A stretch of 64,000 bases of DNA from positions 32,001 through 96,000 of the forward strand of contig CAWDLW010000027.1 of assembly GCA_963803145.1 (NCBI GenBank), in the 5' to 3' direction. The position numbers and the translations under genes are program-made. Positions 1 to 10,970 of the stretch are shown piece by piece. Each line of letters starts with the position of its first letter. Position 1 is the stretch's first letter. Below the pieces are notes generated by a model that worked only from the letters and a program-made list of their open reading frames with translations, had not been told where the DNA came from and did no database searches. This DNA is from Methanotrichaceae archaeon. Its GTDB lineage: Archaea; Halobacteriota; Methanosarcinia; Methanotrichales; Methanotrichaceae.

Positions 1-232
1 TGTGCAAGGGATCAAGCCAGCTAGTGTACTTTTTGATTGCATATGGGCTATAAGGCTGGGGCGAGCACGGGGCAAGTGGATTTAGCTCTCGCTAAGCCTT
101 CTCCATCATCCTTCCATAGTATTCATCATCGAAGGCTATTTGAATTCTAATTAATCTCTTAGATACTGTAATCATTGAGCTAATCTTAGACCTGCGTTTC
201 CGCGCCAAGGATATTTGGAGTTGAGTAAGATC

Positions 233-1720
233 ATGAAGGAGCAGACCGATGTGATGGCAGAAGAGACAGCAGAAGAGACACTTGATCCAGAAGATTGGGA
301 GTCCATGCGAGCACTGGGCCATCGCATGCTAGATGATATGATGGACTATTTGGAGACATTGCGAGATCGCCCTGTCTGGCAGCATGCTCCGCTTAGTGTA
401 AAGGAGCATTTCGAGGGGTTACCCCCTCTTGCGCCCCTGCCGCCAGAAGAGGTTTACCAAGAATACGTCCAGTATATACTTCCATATCAAATGGGCAATA
501 GCCATCCACGATTCTGGGGTTGGGTACTCGGAACGGGAAATGTGATGGGGATGTTTGCAGATATGCTGGCATCTGCAACGGATGGTGTCAGTATAGGCTT
601 TTCCTATAATAGTAACAACTATGTCGAGTTGCAGGTTCTTGACTGGTGCAAAACGATGCTTGGCTATCCTCTCACTGCCAGCGGTCTGCTTACCAGTGGC
701 GGCTCCGCTTCAAACCTCATTGGACTCGCAGTCGCCCGTAACGCCAAAGCGGGTTTCGATCTACGGGGCAAGGGCATGCAAGCTGCACAGAAGCAGATGA
801 TAATCTATTGTTCTGAGGAGGCTCACTACTCGATCCAAAAAGCAGTTGAGCTGCTTGGCTTTGGGAGCAATGCGCTCCATCAGGTGCCTGTAAACGAGTC
901 AATGCAGATTGACCTTACGGCCTTAAAAGAAGCAATCAAGAACGATCGGGAGAACGGACTTTTACCTATCTGTATTGTTGGGGCAGCTGGAACAACCAAC
1001 ACTGGCTCCATTGATGATCTTGAGGGCCTCGCAGACATTTGCCATGAAGAGGACTTGTGGTTCCATGTAGATGGTGCATTCGGTGCATGGGCAGCCATCG
1101 CTCCCAAATCCAAGCAGCTCGTAGCTGGCATAGAAAAGGCTGATTCGTTGGCGTTTGATCTTCATAAGTGGATGTACCTATCTTACCCTATCGGCTGTGT
1201 CCTTATCAGAAATGCAGATGATCACCGGCGCGCGTTCTCTCTAACACCGATATATCTAGCGCACGGCGAAGGAGAACGTGGGCAGACAGGCATCGATGTG
1301 CCATGGTTCCCGGACTACGGTTTTGAACTATCACGTGGCTTCCAGGCTCTCAAGGCATGGATGACGATCAAAGAGCAGGGCACTGAAAAGTATGGGCGTC
1401 TCATACAACAGAATATCGACCAGGCGCATTATCTGGCTGGATTGGTCGAGACCTCTCCGGAACTTGAGATGGCATTACCAGTATCGCTGAACGTAGTTTG
1501 CTTCCGTTATACCCGACCTAACCTCGACGACAGTACGCTTGATAGTCTTAATAAGCAAATCGAGGTCGAGCTTCAGGAACGCGGGATTGCTGTGCCGTCC
1601 ATTGTCAATATCAAGGGCAAGAAGTATCTGCATGTAGCAATTACTAATCATCGCAGCCGCAGGAATGACTTTGACTTACTAGTGCAAGAAGTGATACGAA
1701 TCGGCAATGAGCTATCCTAA
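233..1720 (+). CDS. PLP-dependent group II amino-acid decarboxylase (aromatic-L-amino-acid/DOPA decarboxylase family)
   Basis: Motifs TSGGSASNL, EEAHYSIQKA, WFHVDGAFG and FDLHKW (PLP lysine). ATG at 233 preferred over TTG at 215. Confidence 0.9.
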   Translation: MKEQTDVMAEETAEETLDPEDWESMRALGHRMLDDMMDYLETLRDRPVWQHAPLSVKEHFEGLPPLAPLPPEEVYQEYVQYILPYQMGNSHPRFWGWVLGTGNVMGMFADMLASATDGVSIGFSYNSNNYVELQVLDWCKTMLGYPLTASGLLTSGGSASNLIGLAVARNAKAGFDLRGKGMQAAQKQMIIYCSEEAHYSIQKAVELLGFGSNALHQVPVNESMQIDLTALKEAIKNDRENGLLPICIVGAAGTTNTGSIDDLEGLADICHEEDLWFHVDGAFGAWAAIAPKSKQLVAGIEKADSLAFDLHKWMYLSYPIGCVLIRNADDHRRAFSLTPIYLAHGEGERGQTGIDVPWFPDYGFELSRGFQALKAWMTIKEQGTEKYGRLIQQNIDQAHYLAGLVETSPELEMALPVSLNVVCFRYTRPNLDDSTLDSLNKQIEVELQERGIAVPSIVNIKGKKYLHVAITNHRSRRNDFDLLVQEVIRIGNELS

Positions 1721-1935
1721 TCTCCAAATACCTTGACTCGCCGCTTAAACTGTGGATGAAACGGATAGCGTAACTGTCCCTTTTTCCGAAAACAGAAGGC
1801 CAGACGTATGACCGGCCAGCCTAGATCCTATGGCCTTCAAAGACTCCATAGATGGTTCTGAGGTTAAAAATGTCAGAGATGTGTGCGGGGCGAATGGAAA
1901 CCTTCTGGATTCTCTAGTTGCTGGATACTGAGTAT

Positions 1936-4689
1936 CTAGGCATACTTCTTCAGGACTTCAGCCAGCTCTCCCAACTTCACGGGCTTAGCGATGTAGTCAT
2001 CCATGCCTGCCTCAAGACACTTTTCTCGATCGCCATCCATTGCAAATGCTGTGATAGCAATAACCTTCGGTCCATTGTCAGGCCAAAGCTTTCGTATCTC
2101 CCTTGTGGCAGTAAGTCCATCCATCTCTGGCATCTGTATATCCATGAATAGCAGGTCGTAAGGCCGGATTTGGAGAGCTTGCAGAACTTCACACCCATCT
2201 GCAACAGCATCCGGCCTGTAGCCCAACCGTTTCAGCATCTCAACGAGAACTCTCTGGTTTGAAGGATTATCTTCGGCTACAAGAATCGCCAGAGACTTTT
2301 GAGCCGAGAGATTCTCGTAGACAGCGGCTTTATCCTTCTCGCTTAAGTCCAGTTGCTTTCCTGGAATAGTCTCTGCCGGAATAGTGAATCTAAAGGTCGA
2401 GCCTTTTCCTTCTATGCTTTCAGCCCAGATCTCTCCTCCCATGAGTTCGACAAGCCTCTTGCTTATAGCCAATCCGAGTCCTGCGCCATCGCGTTTTCGG
2501 CTTATGTTATACTCTAGCTGTTCAAATGGCTGGAAGAGCCTGTCCATCTTATCCTGAGGCATGCCAATGCCCGTATCCATAACTTTAAAGGTTATTTGGC
2601 GCTTATTGCCTTCAAGGGATTTGGAGGAGACTGAAACTGATATATCCCCAGCGTCCGTAAACTTGACAGCGTTACTGAGCAAATTGGCCAGTATTTGCCT
2701 GAGCCTTCCAGGATCGCTTATAATAGTATCTGGAGTCCCGTAAGCGACGGTATAAGCGAGGTTCAAGCCCTTATTATTGGCCTGCGCTGCCACCATACCC
2801 ATAGACTCCTCAATGGAAGCCTTGAGGCTGAGAGGCTGATGTTCCAGCGTTATTTTCTCCTTCTCTGCCCTCGAAAACTCTAGAATATCGCTTATAAGGG
2901 CCAGAAGAGCTTCGCCGCCTGTTCTAATTCTCTCGATGTCCTCCTTCTGATCCTGAGTGAGGTTATCATCCAGGAGAAGGCTTGAGAAACCAATCACTGC
3001 ATTCAGGGGTGTTCGGAGTTCATGGCTCATATTTGCCAGGAACGCAGCTTTGGCCTCGACTGCAGCCTCGGCGGCTTCCTTGGCTTTTGTCAGATCTGCG
3101 GTCCTCTCCTGGACTCTCAGCTCAAGCTCGTCTCGTGCATGCCGAAGCTCCTCCTCCATAAGCTTGCGCTCTGTAATATCCGTGACCATTCCAAGAGCGC
3201 CCGCAAACTCACCGCTCTTATCTGTCAGTGGCGTAACACTTGAGATCGTCCAGAGAGGCGTGCCATCTTTCCGAATATATTTTACTTCCGGATTGCTTTT
3301 AATACCACGCTTGCGCTCTTTAAGTCTTAGCTCCGAAGCTGCCCTGTTTTCTTCATCCATAAAGTCAAAGGAGCATTTACCAATTATTTCTTCAGGCTCA
3401 AACCCCAACATCTTGGCTATCTTCTCATTAACGTAGGTTGTTCGAGCCTCCGCATCTATAATCCATATGCCCTCATTGGCTGTTTCTATGAAGGTACGGT
3501 ACTTCTTCTCACTCTCCCTTAAAGCCTCCTCTGCCAGCTTGCGCTCTGTGATTTCCGCCTGAAGCTGTGCGTTGGCATCTTCGAGTTCGTAGGTACGCTC
3601 TTGGACAAGCTCTTCGAGGTGTTTGCGGTATTTGTCCAGTTCGTTCTCAGCCCGCTTGCGTTCAGTTACATCGCGGGCTGCAGCGAATACCCCCAAGACT
3701 TTGCCTCGGATATCTTTGTAAACGCTGGCATTATAGAGAACGTCTGTAAGCCTTCCATCCTTATGTCGAATCTCCAGAGCATAATCGCGTACAAAGCCGT
3801 TTTCGAAAACCTGTTGATAGCAGGCGCGAGCTTTATCTGGTTCTGTGAAATAGTCTGAGAAATCTGTGCCGATAAGATCTCCTCGGCCGTAGCCCGTAAC
3901 GGCCTCAGTTGCAGCGTTCACATCGGTGATCTTTCCATCGGGGCCAATTGTCACCAATGGATCTAGGCGGACTTCAATCAAATTCTGGTTATAAGCACTC
4001 GCTGTCCTGAGTGATTCTTCTCCCTTCTTGCGCTTAGTTATATCGCTTACGGCAATCCTGCACTGTCTCCCATTTAGCTTGTGGCCTCTAGTAGACATAC
4101 CCTCGATTTGCGCATAGACTGTAGGCACTTCATTCCTGAGAAGGCACAGTTCGCAGGTCTGTCTGGTAGAAGTCTCAAGCGCTTTATTATAGAAAGAATC
4201 AAAGGATAGACGATCCTCCGGTGCAATAAACAGTCCAAAATGTTTGTTCAATAGGTTGCGCTTTTCCACTCCGAGAAGTTCAGCCCCAGCAACGTTGACC
4301 TCAAGGATATGCCTCTTCTCATCGAGGGTGAACAATCCTATGGGAGAGAAGTCATAAAGATCGGAGTACCTTTCCAGTGCAATCTCTGTCTCAAGCTTTA
4401 ATCGCTTCAGCTCTTCATTCTGCATCTTTAGCTCAATTTGGTGTACCTGCAGCTCCTGTACCAATGCTAGAGCATCTGTGCTTGCCTTCGCAGGCTCAAT
4501 GGATTCCTCATTATGCTGCGTAAGCTCCTCACCTGCAGACGATAGCTCCTCAATGCTGGCCTGAAGACTCTCCAAGGCATCGGATAGGACTTCGGGCGCA
4601 TTTGCTGGATCGCTCACACACTTTGTCTGGAGTTCATCTAAACGCTCGGAAAGCTCGGAGACCTTTTGGGAGAGGTTATCAGCGGTCAT
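1936..4689 (-). CDS. Multi-PAS hybrid sensor histidine kinase/response regulator
   Basis: Three PAS/PAC blocks (D[IV]TER-type ends), H-box FLANMSHELRTPL, N/G boxes NLLSNAVKFT, DTGIG and GAGLGL, C-terminal receiver (AEDN, MDIQMP, AKP). Confidence 0.95.
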   Translation of the reverse strand: MTADNLSQKVSELSERLDELQTKCVSDPANAPEVLSDALESLQASIEELSSAGEELTQHNEESIEPAKASTDALALVQELQVHQIELKMQNEELKRLKLETEIALERYSDLYDFSPIGLFTLDEKRHILEVNVAGAELLGVEKRNLLNKHFGLFIAPEDRLSFDSFYNKALETSTRQTCELCLLRNEVPTVYAQIEGMSTRGHKLNGRQCRIAVSDITKRKKGEESLRTASAYNQNLIEVRLDPLVTIGPDGKITDVNAATEAVTGYGRGDLIGTDFSDYFTEPDKARACYQQVFENGFVRDYALEIRHKDGRLTDVLYNASVYKDIRGKVLGVFAAARDVTERKRAENELDKYRKHLEELVQERTYELEDANAQLQAEITERKLAEEALRESEKKYRTFIETANEGIWIIDAEARTTYVNEKIAKMLGFEPEEIIGKCSFDFMDEENRAASELRLKERKRGIKSNPEVKYIRKDGTPLWTISSVTPLTDKSGEFAGALGMVTDITERKLMEEELRHARDELELRVQERTADLTKAKEAAEAAVEAKAAFLANMSHELRTPLNAVIGFSSLLLDDNLTQDQKEDIERIRTGGEALLALISDILEFSRAEKEKITLEHQPLSLKASIEESMGMVAAQANNKGLNLAYTVAYGTPDTIISDPGRLRQILANLLSNAVKFTDAGDISVSVSSKSLEGNKRQITFKVMDTGIGMPQDKMDRLFQPFEQLEYNISRKRDGAGLGLAISKRLVELMGGEIWAESIEGKGSTFRFTIPAETIPGKQLDLSEKDKAAVYENLSAQKSLAILVAEDNPSNQRVLVEMLKRLGYRPDAVADGCEVLQALQIRPYDLLFMDIQMPEMDGLTATREIRKLWPDNGPKVIAITAFAMDGDREKCLEAGMDDYIAKPVKLGELAEVLKKYA

Positions 4690-5211
4690 ACTCTACCTGG
4701 CCTAGACTGCCATAGATAATCGCGTTTTACTATCTATAATTTCCCTTCGGCTATTGTTATTGGCCGGTAACAGATTATGAGAAGCCTAAGAGATTTAACA
4801 ATCACCATCATCTTTCGAGGGCATTTGTTCCACAACCCAATTCTTTTCTCAAAGCCTGCAGCAAACCATAACATCAATAATAGCTCGAAATCCATGCCTT
4901 AGAGTCAGCATTAACAGAACTTAAGGCCAAGGCGAGAGCATGGCGAAAGTGAGAATTGTTGAGGCATGATTATTGCTGGGGCATTGCGAGTATCAACTTC
5001 AAGGAGAAAACGCCATGCAATGGCTCAAAAGCTGTTAAATACGAGTATCAGCGAGTATCAAAAAACCTCCCATAAAACACAGCATCGAATCCCAGACGCC
5101 TCCCCTTATCCTGCCCCAATTCCACATCTTCTGACAGCCATCATAATGTAGCTTATTGCTGGGCAGGATGGCCTCCTTTTACCCACGTCTACCCTACCCA
5201 AACTCCAAGTT

Positions 5212-5643
5212 TCAAAAATCGTCTTCATATTTCTCAGCACCCAACCTTAGTGCCTCTTCGACCGCAGCCAGGTCATTCATGAGAAATATTCTTTCATTTG
5301 GAGTCTCGGCGTAAGCCACTGAATTCTTCAGTACCTGTGCATACTTGCTGAACTTGTCCAGCTTAACGATAAAAGGCTTCAAATCCTCTATTAGCTCATA
5401 ATCGTAACCCTCACGCTCCAAGATTTTCAAAGCCTCATTTCTTGCGCCGAATGACTTGAACTCGAAGCGATATTTGTCTTTATCATAATATTCCGCCAAC
5501 GCCCTGAAAGTCTCTTTATCCTCAAAAAAGTACTTGAATACCCATAACTTGCCTATCTTGAAGAGGGTGATGAATTTTCTCCGTTGGGTAACATCAGAGG
5601 TTGGAAATTCGAGCGGATTTTGAAGGGTTTCTTTATTAGGCAT
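5212..5643 (-). CDS. Conserved hypothetical protein
   Basis: 143-aa ORF with natural composition, downstream of 5708-6187. Confidence 0.6.
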   Translation of the reverse strand: MPNKETLQNPLEFPTSDVTQRRKFITLFKIGKLWVFKYFFEDKETFRALAEYYDKDKYRFEFKSFGARNEALKILEREGYDYELIEDLKPFIVKLDKFSKYAQVLKNSVAYAETPNERIFLMNDLAAVEEALRLGAEKYEDDF

Positions 5644-5707
5644 TCGAGCGAGGCTCCATTGAAGAGTTTGTAGTTAATGATCGCTATTAAAGCGGATTAA
5701 ACTTACG

Positions 5708-6187
5708 TTAGATAGCGGCCAAGCTTTTTGCAATAATTCTTGCGTCAGCCTTCGGTCCTTCATCGAAGTGGAATACTCGATCCGCAATTGCAGCAAGCTC
5801 TTCAAGGTAGGGATCGGCACCAGGCGCATAGAGCAGCACAGCCGCCTCATTCGAAGCTTCTCTCATAGCCTGGGAGATGTATTCCGTCATCTCTTGGGCA
5901 TCCTCGTAGAGCAGGGGGTCATGCTCTATTATCACAATTGTATGGCGGTTCTCCCCGAGGATTGTCATGAGCTGAAAGACGGTGAAGGCCCGGCGAACCT
6001 CTAAGGCCTCGAACCTGCGGTCCAGGCTGCTGAGGATCGAGGAATAATTCCCGCAGACATAGATCACCTTGAACCTCTGCAGGTTGAGGTTGCGATTGAG
6101 GGCCTGGATGAACATCTCCCTTGGGGCTAGGAGGGCGTTGAAGGACCTGGATCTGAGGGTTATTGTGGGGTATAACTCAAAGTCCAT
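5708..6187 (-). CDS. Hypothetical protein, possibly a degenerate RecA/RadA-like (ImuA-like) fold
   Basis: RRAFTVFQL and VIIEHD resemble inactive RadA-like proteins; no Walker A. A decayed second copy lies at ~8866-9107. Confidence 0.5.
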   Translation of the reverse strand: MDFELYPTITLRSRSFNALLAPREMFIQALNRNLNLQRFKVIYVCGNYSSILSSLDRRFEALEVRRAFTVFQLMTILGENRHTIVIIEHDPLLYEDAQEMTEYISQAMREASNEAAVLLYAPGADPYLEELAAIADRVFHFDEGPKADARIIAKSLAAI

Positions 6188-6256
6188 ACAAAGAGTGGGA
6201 TACTTCAGGGATTAAAGGACGAGGATTTTGAATAAATGGTTGCGGAAGTGTCTGCA

Positions 6257-6391
6257 ATGGAAAAGGAAGAGCTCATTCGTATCCTAAATGATGACTTTGT
6301 TGCGGAATTAGAGGCTACGATGGTCTATACGAGAAACTCGTTCGTAATGAAGGACTGCGATCCTAGCCGGGTCACTGAATGCTCTAGTTGA
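6257..6391 (+). pseudogene. Truncated ferritin-like (bacterioferritin-type) protein, N-terminal fragment
   Basis: Translates MEKEELIRILNDDFVAELEATMVYTRNSFVMKDCDPSRVTECSS*: first helix of a ferritin-like bundle (ExxAxxxY), ending before the ExxH motif. Confidence 0.55.
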
Positions 6392-6469
6392 TTCGGTTAC
6401 AAGGGAAATTCTCTTATATTTTCTATAGTAATTCACATAGATTATAGATCCTTGGAGATGATTTGAGCT

Positions 6470-7912
6470 ATGAAAGAACAAATGACAACAAATCAAGGTC
6501 ATCCAATAATAAACGATGACAGCTCGCTAACAATCGGCAATCGTGGTCCTACATTGTTACAGGACTTCCAGTTCATCGAGAAGATCGCCCACTTTGATAG
6601 GGAGCGCATTCCAGAGAGGGTCGTGCATGCAAAGGGTGCTGGAGCTTTTGGCTATTTTCAGGTCTATAAGTCTATGGCCAAATATACAAAGGCCAAATTT
6701 TTGCAAGACCCAGCCAAACAAACTCCTGTCTTTGTAAGGTTCTCAACTGTTGCAGGAGGCAGAGGTTCGGCTGACACTGTGAGAGATGTAAGAGGATTTG
6801 CAACCAAGTTCTACACAGAAGAGGGTAACTACGATATCGTGGGCAATGACATTCCCGTATTCTTCATCAGAGATGCCATGAAGTTTCCAGATCTTGTACA
6901 TTCCGTAAAAGCCGAGCCCCATAACAACATACCTTCATCTTCAACTGGCCACAACAACTTCTGGGATTTCGTGTCCTTGACCCCTGAGTCGACTCATATG
7001 CTTACATGGGTATTCTCTGATCGTGGAACTCCGGCAAGCTACAGAATGATGGAAGGTTTTGGAGTTAATACATACAAATGGGTGAACAGTGACGGTAAGG
7101 CTATCTATATCAAATATCACTGGAAGCCAAAGCTAGGTGTAAAAAACTTCGATCGCCAAGATGTTACCCGGATTGCTGGCGAAGACCCAGATTATCTCAC
7201 GCGCGATCTTTGGGATGCCATAGCTAGAGGCGAATTTGTTGAGTACGAACTGAACGTCCAGATAATGGAGATATCTGATGAGCTCAACCAGACCTTTGAC
7301 CCCCTCGACCCGACGAAAACCTGGCCGGAGGATAAGTTCCCATTAATGCCTGTGGGAAAGATGATCCTCAATCGCAACCCAGATAACTTCTTCACCCAGG
7401 TTGAGCAGGCGGCATTCTGCCCGGCCAATCTCGTTCATGGTGTTGAGTTTTCGGATGACAAGCTGCTTCAGGGCAGGACCTTCTCTTATGTGGACACTCA
7501 GCGTTATCGTCTGGGAGCCAACTTCCATGAGCTGCCCACAAATAGGCCGCTTGCGCCTGTGGCCAATAACCAGCGCGATGGTGCCATGCAATTTGAGGTA
7601 TTCAAGGGCAAAGTCAACTTCGGACCGAGCAGCCAGGGAGGTCCCCAGACCGCTGCTCAAGATGGTACTCCATACAAGCCATTTATCCAGGGGAACATAA
7701 TCCGCGAGAAGATCTTCAAAACAAATGACTTCTTCCAGGCTGGAGAGAGGTATCGAACATTAAACAAGACGGAACAGGAACATCTGGCTGGTAACCTTGT
7801 AGCCGATCTGAGCCATGTCACCGATTCTGCCATTCAAAAACATGCAATCGAAAATTTGCGACAGGCAGATGAGAATTTGGCGGCATCTGTAGCAAGAGGA
7901 TTGGGCCTTTAA
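6470..7912 (+). CDS. katA: Monofunctional heme catalase (small-subunit type)
   Basis: FDRERIPERVVHAKGAG active-site signature, RFSTVAG, and GRTFSYVDTQRYRLG heme-ligand signature. Confidence 0.96.
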   Translation: MKEQMTTNQGHPIINDDSSLTIGNRGPTLLQDFQFIEKIAHFDRERIPERVVHAKGAGAFGYFQVYKSMAKYTKAKFLQDPAKQTPVFVRFSTVAGGRGSADTVRDVRGFATKFYTEEGNYDIVGNDIPVFFIRDAMKFPDLVHSVKAEPHNNIPSSSTGHNNFWDFVSLTPESTHMLTWVFSDRGTPASYRMMEGFGVNTYKWVNSDGKAIYIKYHWKPKLGVKNFDRQDVTRIAGEDPDYLTRDLWDAIARGEFVEYELNVQIMEISDELNQTFDPLDPTKTWPEDKFPLMPVGKMILNRNPDNFFTQVEQAAFCPANLVHGVEFSDDKLLQGRTFSYVDTQRYRLGANFHELPTNRPLAPVANNQRDGAMQFEVFKGKVNFGPSSQGGPQTAAQDGTPYKPFIQGNIIREKIFKTNDFFQAGERYRTLNKTEQEHLAGNLVADLSHVTDSAIQKHAIENLRQADENLAASVARGLGL

Positions 7913-8076
7913 AGTAAGTGTGGAGGCTGACTAAGCTTGGCTGATTTCCGAATCGGCTCAGGTCGGTCAGCTTATTTTCAATTTGTGTGGTTGGCGTAAT
8001 CGCTGGCAAAGACTTCGAAATGATCTCAAAATGATAGAAGAATAAAAGGATAGGCGATGTTAGAAATGGTGAGAAA

Positions 8077-8655
8077 ATGAAGAGCTTAAAAGGCACAAAG
8101 ACTGAGAAAAATATATTGTTATCCTTTGCTGGGGAATCACAGGCGAGGAATAGATACTCATATTTTGCCTCACAGGCAAAAAAAGAAGGCTATGAGCAGA
8201 TAGCAGCAATATTCCTCGACACAGCCGACAATGAAAAGGAGCATGCCAAGGTGTTCTTCAATCTTCTTGAAGGCGGAGAACCCTTACAGATCTCTGGTGC
8301 TTTTCCAGCCGGAGTTATAGGTGATACAAAGGCCAATCTGAAGGCCGCTGCAGAAGGTGAGATGCTCGAGAATACCAAGATGTACCCTGGTTTTTCAGGC
8401 ATCGCCGATGATGAGGGCTTCCCAGAGATCGCCAGGACCTTCGATCTTATATCCAGCGTCGAGAAAGGGCACGAGAAACGATATCGATCACTTCTCAAGA
8501 ACGTAGAGGAAGGCACAGTCTTCAAGAAGAGCGGGAAAGTTTTCTGGAGATGCCGAAACTGCGGATACATTCACGAGGGCAACGAGGCCCCGGAGGAGTG
8601 TCCAGCCTGTCAGCATCCCAGGGCGTACTACGAGTTATTGGGCGAGAATTACTAG
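8077..8655 (+). CDS. rbr: Rubrerythrin
   Basis: FAGESQARNRY, EKEHA and EKGHE diiron motifs; C-terminal CRNCG...CPAC rubredoxin-like site. Confidence 0.96.
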   Translation: MKSLKGTKTEKNILLSFAGESQARNRYSYFASQAKKEGYEQIAAIFLDTADNEKEHAKVFFNLLEGGEPLQISGAFPAGVIGDTKANLKAAAEGEMLENTKMYPGFSGIADDEGFPEIARTFDLISSVEKGHEKRYRSLLKNVEEGTVFKKSGKVFWRCRNCGYIHEGNEAPEECPACQHPRAYYELLGENY

Positions 8656-8865
8656 AGAGAAAGAGCCGACATGAAGGATCGGCCTATTTTATTTTTTGGA
8701 GCTATTAAAATCGGGTATCATAGTTGATTATAGCCAGTAATCTCCCACAAGCAAGTAGATTTTATCCCTAGATGGATCTATGCCGACTTCGCCTCTTTCC
8801 AGCAGGATCATGCAGGTATTTGCACCTCACCGTCCTTCAAAGCCTCCCTCATGGACAGGGAAATA

Positions 8866-9107
8866 TATTCCGTCATTTCCTGGGCATATCTTTCATAGAG
8901 CTGGGGCTATGCTCTATTATCACAATCGTATGGCGGTTCTCCTCAAGGATAGTCATGAGCTGAAATACTGTGAAGGCCGGCGAACATCAAGGGCCTCGAA
9001 TCGGCGATCAAGGCTGCTGAGGATTGAGGAATAGTTCCCGCAGATGTATCATCTTGAACCTCTGTAGATTGAGGTTGCGGTTGAGGGCCTGGATGAACAT
9101 CTCCCTT
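8866..9107 (-). pseudogene. Decayed, frameshifted paralogue fragment of 5708-6187
   Basis: Aligns by eye to 5881-6122 (e.g. gctctattatcacaat, aggctgctgaggat, gagggcctggatgaacatctccctt) with small indels. Confidence 0.85.
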
Positions 9108-9257
9108 AATCGATTAAATGGCTAGGGATATGTGTAGGGTGAATGTAAGAAATAAAGAATTCACATTCTATAACTCACATCGCTTCTTCAAGATTTGTCT
9201 GCAGTCCGCCTATCGGAACACAATATTTATGCACTTACACTCAATTGGTATTCACAA

Positions 9258-9941
9258 ATGAGCAGAACACAAGGCTACAACATTTCAAAAGATCCCCAAG
9301 TAGTGGCCCTAGCTGTCGTTTTCTTGTTATTTGCCCTTGCTTTGTTGCAGCACCATTTTATCTTCCCTGAGCACTGGTTTCCATCCCAATTTGTATCTTC
9401 GGCTTTTACGCTCCTTTTTTGCATATGGATTTTAAGTGAAATCGCAAATTCCATCTGGAGCAGGAAGAATTCGAGTACAACAAATCAAGATAAAGGTTCC
9501 TTTTGGGTTGTTATTGCAGCATCTTGGTCAACAATCTTTGTTGTTTTCATAATTCGCAGCTACGAGATTGGAACATTCAGCGGAAATGTGCAATATGTTG
9601 GGCTAGTTCTGCTTACTGCTGGGATTGTGCTCCGCGAATGGGCAGTCATGGTCCTTGGAAAGCATTTTACTGTGAGGGTACAAGTTCATGAAAAGGCAAA
9701 ACTTGTAACGCAGGGTCCATACAATTATATTCGGCACCCATCATACACAGGCAGCCTGTTAATTTTTATAGGGCTATCTCTGGCGGTTGGATCCTGGCTT
9801 GGCACGCTTTTAGCTCTTGCTGTAAATTTGATCGCTTATAAATATCGCATTCGAGTTGAAGAAGAGGCACTACAAGAGGCTTTTGGCTCCGATTACGAAG
9901 AGTACAAAAAAAGAACTTGGAAATTATTTCCAGGATCATAA
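9258..9941 (+). CDS. Isoprenylcysteine carboxyl methyltransferase (ICMT/Ste14) family membrane protein
   Basis: LVTQGPYNYIRHPSYTG and RIRVEEEAL...FGSDYEEY motifs; ATG at 9258. Confidence 0.9.
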   Translation: MSRTQGYNISKDPQVVALAVVFLLFALALLQHHFIFPEHWFPSQFVSSAFTLLFCIWILSEIANSIWSRKNSSTTNQDKGSFWVVIAASWSTIFVVFIIRSYEIGTFSGNVQYVGLVLLTAGIVLREWAVMVLGKHFTVRVQVHEKAKLVTQGPYNYIRHPSYTGSLLIFIGLSLAVGSWLGTLLALAVNLIAYKYRIRVEEEALQEAFGSDYEEYKKRTWKLFPGS

Positions 9942-9968
9942 CGTTTGCAATAATATCAGGGATAGGAT

Positions 9969-10559
9969 CTACTCAAAAACAGCATCATAGTCTTTCAGCA
10001 GGGCTTTGATCACATCAGGATAGACCTCACCGCTGATCGGTGCAAATGCACTCTTCCTGTAACCGCCGATCCCTGCTCGCTCCATATCTCCTTTGATCCA
10101 TTCCTCATGCGTGACTTGATCTAGACCCAACTCGCGAACAGCTATGCGATATAGGCTTGCAGCAAGCAGTTTTGCAGATATCGCCGAAATTTGGGCAGAT
10201 ACATATACAGGGCTTACGAAGAAGCTCGACTTCGGCTTCAATAGTTGATCCAAAACAGCATGCAGTATTTCATAGCCTGCCCTTTTATCGAAGCCTCCTG
10301 CACAAAGGCAATAAACATCAAGCTCGACCAGGGCAAAGCGGCTCCTTGGAGTATTGATCATAATAGCAACATAGGGACGAGCATGCGCAGAACACCAATC
10401 CCAATACTGGTTCGAGACATGGCGATTGAACATCCTGATCACATGGCGCGCTGTAATTGCCTCTTCTAAAGTTTCATGCGGTTTTAGCACATATTGATGA
10501 TAGCCGGCATCCTTTAAGTTCATTGCTTTTAGGATGAAAGCAGGGCTAATCAGTGACAA
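9969..10559 (-). CDS. Hypothetical protein
   Basis: 196-aa ORF, no recognised motif. Confidence 0.5.
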   Translation of the reverse strand: MSLISPAFILKAMNLKDAGYHQYVLKPHETLEEAITARHVIRMFNRHVSNQYWDWCSAHARPYVAIMINTPRSRFALVELDVYCLCAGGFDKRAGYEILHAVLDQLLKPKSSFFVSPVYVSAQISAISAKLLAASLYRIAVRELGLDQVTHEEWIKGDMERAGIGGYRKSAFAPISGEVYPDVIKALLKDYDAVFE

Positions 10560-10659
10560 ATATACTTCCTACAGAATAGATTTTCATGGGATATACCAGG
10601 AATAAATTAATATAATCAAATATACGTTATGTTCGTATATCTTATCTTGAGGTAGCACT

Positions 10660-10938
10660 ATGGCTGAAAGGGTATCAAGAAATTTTGCCCTCCGAGATGC
10701 TAAGGGTAACGAGATTGGTGTATTTGCAGGAAAATCGCCCAGGCAGGCTGCACTGAAGGCTGCAAATAGGGGCCATACAGATATCAAATTGAGAGAGCGA
10801 GGAACAAAGAAAGTCCATATATTCACCGGTGAGCGGAAGCAAATTAAAAAGCCTGCTAACGCCCCTGCATGGATGCCTGCAAAGATTTGGAAACCTAATG
10901 TCAAAAAGGTAGGTACCGAAAAGCTAACGGAAATTTAG
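10660..10938 (+). CDS. mc1: Non-histone chromosomal protein MC1
   Basis: RNFALRD, GVFAGKSPRQAALKAA, LRERGTKKVH and PAWMP are characteristic MC1 motifs. Confidence 0.93.
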   Translation: MAERVSRNFALRDAKGNEIGVFAGKSPRQAALKAANRGHTDIKLRERGTKKVHIFTGERKQIKKPANAPAWMPAKIWKPNVKKVGTEKLTEI

Positions 10939-10970
10939 CGTCAGACTGATCAACAAAGCTAAAAGATTCA

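Noticed and set aside
2957-3858. Several + strand ORFs within the histidine kinase
   Set aside because: Antisense shadows without motifs; the same applies to most short overlapping ORFs in the track.
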